Assembly: GCF_036321535.1 (NCBI RefSeq)
Contig: NC_087436.1
Coordinates: 43,526,001-43,590,000 of the forward strand
Origin: Camelus dromedarius
Lineage: Eukaryota
Direction of reading: 5' to 3'
DNA length: 64,000 nucleotides
Of the stretch, positions 53,819-64,000 are shown piece by piece. The position numbers were made by a program, and so were the translations under genes. A model generated the notes under the pieces. That model searched no databases. It saw only the letters and a list, made by a program, of their open reading frames with translations, and was not told the DNA's origin. Positions within the stretch are counted from its first letter, which is position 1; each line of letters opens with the position of its first letter.

Positions 53819-56800
53819 CCAACTTCAGCATTTTAGAGGAGGAAATTGAAGCAGAGATGCTAAATAATTTGCTTCAGTCACTTAGTAAGTGACACACTAG
53901 ATTTGAATCTAGATTTGAACTCAGGGCCAAGTTCTTGATGTTCTTATAGAACAAGAAAAAATTTTCTTTGTTATATTCTCTACATAGCTCTGAGTCCCTC
54001 CCCCTCTTATCCCCTCTTTTCCCCTCACCATCTATTTGCTTGTTTTCAACAAAGAGTTACCTCAATGTGTGTTTATGATAAAATGTTGCCACCCTGAAAG
54101 AGCTACGTGTTAAAACATCGTACCAGGTAAGGGTTAGAAGCCCCATCAGGTGCCCTGGGACCCGAACCATACCGTCAAATTGTATTAATCCTTTCAATAA
54201 CCCTTTATGTACCCCATTTTATACATAAGCTCAAGTAATTCAAGTAACTCCCTTCAGAGCAAATAGCTATTTAGTAGCTATTTATAAAGCTGAGATTTTG
54301 TACAGCCGAATTTGAAAGTCACATATTGTTTACTCCAGAGTCCACGCTCTTTAATAGGCTAAAATATATGCACTACCAAGCCTGCGGTAAAGAGAATATT
54401 TAAAACAATCCTCAGTAAATCAGAGTAACCACATATATAGTTTGGGTCTCAATCTAAATCCTCCTTAGTCAAATATGATCAGCCTTTAGGAGAATCCTAC
54501 TTCCTCAGAAATGGATTTAGAAGTTCCAAATTTCAAGGAATCCCAACCTAATTAGTAGTCCATATGCAATTTCAACCTTTCCTTTCTCTAAGAAGACATA
54601 AATCCAAGAGCTTGAGTGTAGCCCAGCTAATTAGGTCTTTGTCAAACAATAGTCCTTTTCTTTAAAACTGTGGCTTCTCACCCAGATGATAAAAAGCTAT
54701 TTCAGCTCAAGACTTTTACTTAATTGGTTTGCACCCTCCCAGGGACCTCCTGGGTTCCTCCTGCATATCCCACATCAGAGTGTAGGGAGAATTCTCTGCC
54801 TCCCAGCAAAGCACAGTTCTTCTAAGATTTATGTGTGGCTTTCATGTTCACCCACTGAATAAAAAGGCTTGGCTCCTTTTAGCTGCAACTACCTTCCCTA
54901 AGGAGAGCACCGCTTTGGAAACTTGTGCATGTCAAAGGAAGTTTGTTTACCCTTAGAAAAGTCCAGCAGAATTCACAGTGAAGCAATTCTTTTGTACCCT
55001 TTGGCAGCCCCTATGGCTAAGGGCCCCAAATCACAATAGCCCCAGTCACCCAAGCTTGGAAAGCAAAACTTACATCCAAAAATTAGCCATTGTAAAATCT
55101 TTCCACTTTAAGAGGTTAACTTTTTAAATACTCTACCAGTACTTATTAAACCCACATAATGAAGCAAGCTCCTAATTTAGAGAGTATTGCCTTATGTTGT
55201 AACTCTCTGGTGATAGAATTTTAGACCTAAAGATAGATATCAGTAATCATTTTTCTAACTGCTTCATTTTTCTAATCAAAGGCCCAGAGGGTTCAAGTGT
55301 CTTTTCCAGTTAGTAGCAGGGTGGGTCCGGAACCCAGATCTTCTCAATTATTTCTTAGTGTTCAAATAAAGACTTTTTTTTTTTAAAGGAAGAAAAAAAA
55401 ACCTCTGTTAAAATCTTGGGTCACAATTAAATGGTAAATCTGACTCCAAGGGACTGTGTGGAGGAGAGACTGGGAAAAGCAGTACAGTGAATGGCACTTA
55501 ATCAAATAAACGTTTTATTCTCTGAGTGATAGGATGCTGTAATAATGAAACACTGACATAAACCTTCCTTTCACTAGAGCTATTTTCCCCAACAGAATGG
55601 ATCAGATTTGCTGGTAGGTGCCACCCAACCGATGTAGAGAATGGTACTCTGTATTCTGCAGAATGGTCGCTCCATGACCAGCAGAGCAGCAACCAGCCAG
55701 TGCAGTCCAGTCTGCTAGGGATCAAACCAGCATCATGGAAATCAGGACAAATTAAGTAAGCAACTAAAATTTCATCTTTTCATTGTTTTTGGTTTTTTTT
55801 CCAAGCAATAAAGGTCATCTGTTCAGGAGAGTACTAGCCCTTTGAATGATCTAAGCTGAAGCTGGCCAGGTGAGAGGGAGCCCCACAAAGGGGCTGAGGC
55901 TGGGCAGGGTGGTCACAGATGAGTAGCAATGCAGCTGCCCCCATGCTGATTGCTTCTCAGCAGAGACTTCATGAAAGAGACTTCAATCAGCAGAACAAAA
56001 ACCTCTGGCTTCCTGCCATAGAAGCTGACAGCAAATAAGAGACAACAGAAGAGCACAAGCTTAGGGCAAGACAGCTCCCCCGAGGGCTGGAGCCCGCCTG
56101 GACCCAGGGGAGGTGCCTGCTGAGGCCAAATCACTGAGAAAGCCTGACATCTATCTGGGTCCACCTCCCCTCATCCTTTCCCAAATCCAGAACACACAAA
56201 ATAAAGAGTACCAGGAGTGGAAAAGGCATGAGACTTTAATGTGAACATTGAAACAAATGATCAGAATGAACTTATCTAAAACCATAACCCTTTGAGAGAG
56301 CATAGCTAAGAGAACCCCTAAGTTCGCTCTTTAGCTTTGCACAGGAACTATTTAGCCAAGTGACTATTTAGCCCATGGCCCAAACACATTTATCTGTCAT
56401 TTACTTCAAAGACTTCAGAGTCGTCAGTGGGACAACGTGGTTGGACACTGATTTTAATCTACACTCTGAGGGCAGCTAAACCACGTTTCATGAGGGGTGG
56501 CTTTTCGCTTTGGACAAACCCTGACCAGGAGTCCAAATTCCCAAGGAAAAAACTTCAAGCATCTCCCTCTGAATCTATGCAAGACGGGTCATGAATTAAC
56601 ACAAGGGCCTGAGATATAATCTATGACTAGTGAACTGAGTGGTGCTCATGCAACGGGGACTGGCTGGAAATATTAGACAGACAGCTCTGCCCTGCAGGGT
56701 CTAGCACCTGTCTGCCCAGCAGCATAACAACTTTGAGGCAGTTCTTATGACTAGAACTTCATTTCTTCCTGTGTCTGTCACATATCAGAGGATTCTGTCA

Positions 56801-58338
56801 CCTGATCCAACTACACGGTTAGGAACCCTGCTGCCAGATCATCATAACATTTGCCTGAGATGGATCTCCCTTATGTTGGTGATCGCAGGAGTGCATGAAG
56901 GAGACTGCAGACTAGAAGCTGCATTCCAGGTTGTACGACTGCTTTTGTGTTTGCTCGCTATGAAATGTATGTCCATGGGACACAGTTTGGTCCGACACCT
57001 ATTTTTATTATATCATATCACATGGTAATGAGGGTGCAGATGGAATAGAAAACAACCCTCGCTCATTTCCTCTACTCAGAGCAGCTACTCTGTGCACAAA
57101 AAGAACCTGAGAACCATGGCTGGCCACGGCCCCAAGAGATGTGCCACTGGACCCACCCCACCACTGCCCATGTCTGCTTGTGTTTGTTTTTCCTGAATGG
57201 GGGGAAATTAAATGGGAAATTTCCTACACTTAGGTCCCCGTCTAGAACAAGGTACTGTAAAAGTTGTGAAGTTACATTTACTTCTAGAATCTCCAAGCTT
57301 CTTAGCAAAATGATAAAACAGTAAAGACAAGAATGGTATATATGGGTGACATACTCTGTTAATCCCACTGATTGCTGCTAAGATGATCAGGGTGGGAGTC
57401 CAGGATGGCTGGAGGCTGGGCCTCTGAAGGTCTGGTGAGCTGTGAAATGCACATCCCTTACAGTAAATAGGATCCTTCAGGTCCTTTGCTTTGGGTTTTG
57501 TTTTTAGACCTTGTCAGCTTATATATTAAGCCTTTAGCTGCTGTTTGTTTTTTTTTTTTTTAACCAGAACCCACTTCTGTGAAGAAAATACTTGTGTATG
57601 TGTGTTAATATACTTCAGAAGTGACTGATTAGCATTTGTAGTACGTAATCAAGAATCAAGACTCCAGGTCAAGAAAAGAGAAACTTTCAAGAGAGACAAT
57701 AAGAGTATAAATATTCTGTAAATCATCTATGTCCTCAATGATGTTACCAACAGCCACAGCCCTGAATGGAATCATTTAGCCAAGCTGGTCTTCCTTTCTA
57801 ATTTCCTTCTGTTTCAGTCAATACAAGAACTAAGATGGAATGTGAAGAACAGAATAAAATCCCCCTGGGAAAATAAAAGAGCATCATTCCTATTACTGCC
57901 TCCAAATTTGCTCTTATAGATTAAAACAACTTTGGAGTCAAGCAAGTCTGACTTCAAATTTTCCTTTTTTGATTGCAGGTACCTTAAGTTCTTTGAACTA
58001 CGATTTCCTCATCCATCAATCAAAACATATCTAACAATATATCTTGCAATGTTGTTGTAAGGACTTATAAAGATAATATATAAAGAGCATCTGGAAGAAT
58101 GCCTCACATATAGTCTGTGCTCAGTATGTGACACTTTTATTACTTTTGTGATTGACCTTATTTTTGTGAATAATAATATTGCTTATATCCACAAAAATGC
58201 TTCCTCTTAATAAGAACTACTAGAACGAAGGAAGCAGTGCTATCTATAAATAATGCACAACATATCCATGAAATAGTCACTTCCTGGAGGTAATAAATAA
58301 ATTATAATTCTGATTTTCTTCACTATGTGACAAGAATG

Positions 58339-58942
58339 TGAAGGGGATCAAAATATGCCACCCCAAAATATGCCACTCTGGCATCAGAATTGTTTCGAGC
58401 CGAAGGCAATTAAAATGTAGTGAATGTAGAATGTAGAAAGATATCTCTGCCTTCACCCTACCCGCCTAAAAGCAAAACAGAAATTTCCCTTTGTGAAGGT
58501 GTTCTCTCTTCCCTCTCCCATACCATAAAAAGGAAAACAACCATTATCACTGGAGACAGGAAGACAACACCAAGGTGAGTCTGCACAAGCAAACCTTACT
58601 AAAATAACCTTTATCTTCCATTGCTTCCTCCCATATATTTACCTTCCCACAGTCTACTGTTCCTAGAAGCCCAAACCTGTTTTCCTTTGTCTAATCACTT
58701 CTCCACAATTCACACCCTTTGTTAAAATGGTATATAAACTCTCAAGCCTAACTGCTTCTTTAGATCTTCTTTTCCTTTCTATGAAGGACTCTGTGCACAC
58801 AAAAATTAAAATATTGACATCAAATAAAATTTGTATGCCTTTGCTCCTGTTAATCTGTCTTTTGTCAATTTCAGCCTAATTTGCCAATCCCAATAACAGA
58901 AGGTAGAGGGTAGAGAAAAATTTCTTTTTCTCTTCCCCTACA
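58339..58942 (+). mobile_element. MER34-family ERV1 solo LTR
   Basis: TGAAGGGGA...TCCCCTACA termini; aaaatatgccaccccaaaatatgccact signature; perfect 4-bp TSD aatg (58335-58338, 58943-58946). Confidence 0.92.
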
Positions 58943-59059
58943 AATGTATATATGATTTGAAACTAAGAACTACTCATCTTAATTTTAGGGGAGACAAGTA
59001 AATAAAGAGCTCAAAAGAGCACTTAGTGCTATTTCTTTTGAGTTACATCTTTGCTGCAC

Positions 59060-59205
59060 ATCCAAGGACCAGCAGAATCAGCATCACATGGGAGCTTGAT
59101 AGAAATGCAAAATCTGAGGCCCCATCCCAGGGCTATGGAGTCAGAACCTGCATCTTCACAACATCCCAGGTGATCTGCATGCACTTTAAAGTCTGAGGAG
59201 CACTG
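59060..59205. mobile_element. MER5-family hAT-Charlie element
   Basis: ggaccagcagaatcagcatcacatgggagcttgatagaaatgcaaaatctgaggccccatcccag...aaagtctgaggagcactg. Confidence 0.85.
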
Positions 59206-59584
59206 AATCCCTTACTATCCATATTCCACAACTTGCATATTTAATGACACTCTAAACTCAACCAACTTGGAGTGGTAGCATGCTGTTATTCTGTTTCTAA
59301 TCAGTAAGAGGTGACTAAGTAAATCACTGCAGCATAGTAACATGTTACTTCTTTTTTAAAAACCCAATTAGGGCCTTGTACAAAGTGTAAAAGGCTCGGA
59401 ATATCCATGGTGCCAAATTCTGGACAAATATGTTCTTGTGGATTTAAACATGATGACAGTATTTCCTTATGGTTTTTCAAGCTGCCTAAGCCAAACCATG
59501 AGCATCTCTGCCTTTTATGCTATGGCCATTGTAGCAGAGAATACAGTTTACATAATATGGCTTTTTCAATTAAAAAAAAAAAAC

Positions 59585-60270
59585 ATTGTGGTATTAGTTT
59601 CTGGTGTATAGCATACTGGTTCAGTTATATATTTATATAAATGTGTATATTTATATATATATGTGTATATATATATATTCCTTTTCATATTCTTTTTTCA
59701 TAATTTTGTTTTTTATTGAAGTGCAGTTGATTTACAATATTAGTTTCAGGTGCACAGCAAAGTGATTCAGTTATACAGCTACATACATATATGTATATAC
59801 ACATATATTTCAGATTCTTTTCCATTATATGTTACTACAAGAAATTGAATATAGTTCCCTATGCTACACAGTAGGTCCTTGCTGTTTATCTATTTTATAT
59901 ATGGTAATATGTATCTGTTATTCTCAAATTCCCAATTTATCCCTCCCCAACCTCTTCCCCTTTGGTAACCACAGTCTGTTTTCTATGTCCATGAGTCTAT
60001 TTTTGGTTTGTAAATAAGATTTTTATCACTTTTTCAGAGTTCACATATAAATGACATCATACAATATTTTTCTTTCTCTATCTGACTTATTTCACTTACT
60101 ATGATAATCTCTAAGTCCCTCCATTGTTGCAATTGGCATTGTTTCATTTTTATGGCTGAGTAATATTCCATCATGTGTGTGTATACCACATCTTCTTTCC
60201 CTTTTATTCTTTTTCATTATAGGCTATTACAAAGTATTGAATATAGTTTCCTGTGCTATATGGTAGGACC
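59585..60270 (-). mobile_element. Two nested antisense L1 3' fragments (inner copy about 59702-60204)
   Basis: L1 3'UTR motifs occur twice (gaatatagtt(c/t)cct..gcta); the inner copy is flanked by tattcttttt(t)cat at 59688-59701 and 60205-60217. Confidence 0.85.
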
Positions 60271-60495
60271 TCATTTTACATAATATGTTAATGATGAACT
60301 CAGAAGGTAGATTATCTTACATGCACTGCTGATTCAATATCTCCTGACGTTCCCCTGACTTTTTGAAATATGAATGCTCAATAAGTCTGAGGAATACCTT
60401 CATCCATTTCTTAGAAAACTAATTTCATCCACATGTCTATTGTTCACAGTCCTTTTAAAATTTTTTATCTTTTTTTTTTTTCCTTTGGTACTAAT

Positions 60496-60936
60496 TGACA
60501 AAGAGTCTCTTTACCAAACTTTAGTTAGGCTCCCTTGAGCCTCAGTCTTGGCCCCTATCCTTGCTGGGGCTGGATAGCACACATTTAGAAATAATCCTGC
60601 GAAGTCAGTTTGGAGAGAATCTCTCACCTTGGACATCTGACCAAACTCTCCATCTCCCACTCTTGATGTCTAGTCACCCTGGCTTGCCTTCAGCAAGAAT
60701 CCTGTTAAGTCTGCTCAGCAAGAATCCTCCTACCCTTGATGTCTCCTCTTAGTAATTTTCTATCCACTGACCCCTCACTCTGCTCATTGGCTGTAAATCC
60801 CCAGCTCTCTTCGCTATATTGGGATTTGAGCCTGATCTCTCACCTCTATTACAATAGTCTTGACATCTTTCATAATAGTCCTAAATAGTCTTTCTTACCA
60901 TTTTAACAAACGTCAGAATAATTTTTTTCTTTAACA
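60496..60936 (+). mobile_element. MER31-family ERV1 solo LTR
   Basis: Starts TGACAAAGA.TCTCT..ACCAAACTTTAGT.AGGCTCC; repeated cagcaagaatcct and cttgatgtct; ends tctttaaca. Confidence 0.85.
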
Positions 60937-61627
60937 ATGCATTTTTTAAATTCTTATTAAGAAGCAGCCAGAGCACAGACACACTGGCAAGAACTATAGC
61001 TTATCTATAGACAGCTGTAAAACACTTGGAACAGTTTGTTTGAATAAAATTTATTTTATTAGAAGTATATTTGAGACTGTTGCACTTCACAAAAACAGGT
61101 TAAGTGATGCAAGGCTTTGACTTGACCCATAATGTTAGAGATAGTCTAAATAAAATCAAACATCTAAACAACAGTCCAAAAATGTGAAGCCCCAAAATGT
61201 TAATGATCTATTTCTGTTTGGAGTATAAATCGAAATGAGCAAGCTGAATAGAGGCCCAGTGATCCTGCATTAACTCACCTCTTGGCCAGGTCCCACATCT
61301 AAGTTTCACTCACACTGCTCTATTTAAGTCCCAGAACAGGAGACTCTTCTCACATCTCCCCAAAGGCTGTCAAGATGACATCAGGGCAGTCCATTTCCAA
61401 AGGGCCGGGCACTCTACACCACTGTCCCATCATATCAAGCAGCCCCACTGGAGATATTTTCTAAAAGACCTCTAAATACTCCCAGGTCCAAAAATTAACA
61501 ACATAGGTCAAAGTAGATGCAGATATTAAAATACGGTTAGATGATAAGACATTTTCAGGCCACTTTTACAGGCATCTCCTTGGTTGCGTGCTTCATTATC
61601 CACACCTGTTTCCCGAGGCCACGTTCT

Positions 61628-61628
61628 C

Positions 61629-61712
<84 letters not shown>

Positions 61713-61719
61713 TATATAT
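61628..61719. repeat. Compound A-run, (TA)n and (CA)n microsatellite
   Basis: Read directly. Confidence 0.97.
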
Positions 61720-62065
61720 GGTTCTTGATCAAGTAAACTTGGAAAAGAATGCATGCTCAATCCTCCCTGCTTAAAGATTCATGTGTTCATTAGTATATAA
61801 AAGATTCTAACTCACATGGGTCTGAAAAGTTCTGAAGGAAAGGAGCCTGTATAATTTTCTCTGATCCAAGGTTTTTTCAAATGCAATTGCCACAGAACAC
61901 TTCTTTAAATCTCACATTGTGAATCACACATCGAAAATTGTTGAACCTTATGGTAAGGACTTCATCTTCTTGGGGAAAGAAAAGGTGGAGGAGTTGGGAG
62001 GAAAGGGTGTGTTACATTATCAGTGAAGCTTATAAAGGATAGGACTAAGGTATGGCATTCACCAG

Positions 62066-62088
62066 ACACACACACACACACACACACA
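62066..62088. repeat. (CA)n microsatellite
   Basis: Read directly. Confidence 0.95.
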
Positions 62089-62509
62089 CCCCACCAGCAT
62101 CAATTTCTTATCTCTTAACAAATAGAATAATCAGGAAATTTTGCTTTTCCCTTAAAGGTGGAGAGCCTACAGGTAGATTATAGTCACCCAGAAGAGCCAC
62201 TACTGGTGACAGAGTTAGGAAGTGAGAGGAGAGCCCCACTGGGACAGGCACGAAGGATGAGAGTCATTTCAGGTGGCCCATGGGGCTGGAGTGACATACC
62301 TACACCTGACAGGACTGGGAAAGCCCAGCCTGGTGGCAGCAGCTCACAAGCAATTCCCATTCCCATGTATTCAGAAAGATGAAACACAATCACTGAGGGC
62401 ACTGAAAAATGGGAAGAGGACTGGAGAAAGCAGAGTACTGGGAGGAGAATAGAGGTGATCTCGGCACCTACGGTTGTTTGCCATTTGCTGTTTTATTGAA
62501 GAGATGGGT

Positions 62510-62735
62510 GCCATAGCGGTTAAGCGCAGGGACTCTGGGGCCAGACTGCCTGAGTCTGAACCCTGGTTCTGCCACTGTCCAGATGTGGGATCTTGGATGA
62601 GTCACTTAACCTTCCTGTGCCTCTAGTTTCCTTGCATAGAGTCGTACTTACTTACTTCATAGGGTTGTGGTGGTGTGTAACTCGAGAAGGGCAATGCTTG
62701 GCACACAGTAAGTCCTAGAGAGCTATTAGTTATTA
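62510..62735 (+). mobile_element. MIR SINE
   Basis: agcggttaagcgcagggactctggggccagactgcctgagtctgaaccctggttctgccact...gagtcacttaaccttcctgtgcctc...cttggcacacagtaagt. Confidence 0.9.
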
Positions 62736-62864
62736 TAATTAAAGGTACTTCTGCTATAGCTTGATGTATACCTTCTGGGAAAAAAAAATCCTGTATTCTA
62801 CACAACTGTGTTTTAAAATATGGTCTATGGGCGGGGGAAAAAGAGGCCTAGGGGGACCTCTCAG

Positions 62865-63185
62865 AACCTACGCATCCTGTCCTCAGGGCACTACCAAAAA
62901 CTACAGCTGGTACTGCTTGGACTGCCCGGGCAGACAACTTAACATAGCTGAAAGCGGTCCCAGCAGGTGCTTAAAATGCACAAAGACGACAGAATGGAAA
63001 TGTCGGTAACACTTTGGCCTGAGCAGGCTGGTGGGTGCTGAGAGAATGCAGATGGACACGGGGCTCTGGTCCCGAGGAGCTGTCACTGAGGTGATTGCAG
63101 GACGTGATTGCAGGAGGCGATGCAACCCGGCAGGAGTCATAACCACGTGAGGCCGGGCCGAGCCCACCTGGAAGGTAGCCCTCAG
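62865..63185. promoter_or_regulatory. GC/CpG-enriched unique segment, candidate regulatory element
   Basis: About 13 CpGs in about 320 bp against a CpG-depleted background; CACGTG E-box at 63144-63149. Confidence 0.4.
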
Positions 63186-64000
63186 TCCAGACACTTGTTT
63201 TCAATTTTCACAAAATACTGCAGAAAGTATCCCTTCTTACAGTGCAACTTATCTACTGCAGGGTCTCCACCGAGAGAAGGAGAATATTAGGAAGCTTCCC
63301 GTTTCCACACATCAGAGCCACATCCTTTCATTCAGCTTTTTCAGGGTTGAAGGTAGAATTTTGCTGTCCATTTGCCTGAACTCTTTGTCATTCTCAGCTA
63401 ATTCACAACTCATGGGGAGAAGAGGAGTATTCTATACTAGCCCCCTGCTTAATAAATTTTCCCATTTTAAAGTGACGACACTGAGGAAAGAATCATTAAT
63501 TTGTCCAGCGTCATGTAGGGCCCGAGTTCATGATCGGTGCCCAGAGACGGGACAGCCTATCTTAATCAATGTATTTGATGGATTAAGAAACTGAACTGCA
63601 AAGTCAACACTCATATTATTCCGAGCTTAATGTTTAGAAACCAACTGAAACTTTTTTGAGGTTCAGCTATATGCCTTCAACCTAAATCTTTAACACCCAA
63701 TCAGAAACACAAGCAATACAAAAACATAAATAACCGCCCCCCATGCTACCCCAGTCCTCCCATGCTGGGCACCTTCTCAGCACATGGTCCTCCCATTCTC
63801 ACCCCTGCCCCCACCTCTGTACCATCAGTCCTAAACTGAACCCTCCAGACACAAGTTCATGATGAATTCATCATAATGTTTTGCTCCTGAAACCACTCTT
63901 CCTTCTGTAACTCCAATCTTGGTCAATCATTTATCATTCTCTTTTAAGCAAGAACTCTTCGATGCCTTCCTAAAATACAACCTCTTCCAGACAGTTGAAC

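Noticed and set aside
56820..57010. Exon-like unique stretch with short ORFs on both strands
   Set aside because: No convincing acceptor/donor pair and no recognisable peptide
61526..61774. ORFs with YIYIYI runs
   Set aside because: They are translations of the (TA)n repeat
63859..63874. 16-bp palindrome atgatgaattcatcat
   Set aside because: About one such palindrome is expected by chance in 64 kb

Overview
This is AT-rich mammalian genomic DNA, most likely camelid: it carries three Vic-1-type tRNA-derived SINEs, and I saw no Alu, Bov-A or PRE-1 copies. It is dominated by LINE-1 3' fragments, L2/MIR relics, solo LTRs, DNA-transposon fossils and microsatellites. I could not recognise any protein-coding exon of a known gene. 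The supplied ORFs are chance ORFs or repeat-derived, except one genuine L1 ORF2 C-terminal fragment. L1s and LTRs lie mostly on the + strand, which suggests the window is a long intron of a gene transcribed on the - strand. On that strand I found a strong recursive-splice-type junction (polypyrimidine-TAG|GTAAGT at 16966/16965) heading a 61-nt exon with stops in all three frames. There are also several candidate alternative first or cassette exons (10.9, 23.6, 27.7, 31.2, 35.7 kb), one encoding a signal-peptide-like N-terminus. These exon calls come from motifs read by eye only, the host gene was not identified, and repeat family names are from recalled consensus similarity rather than a database search.
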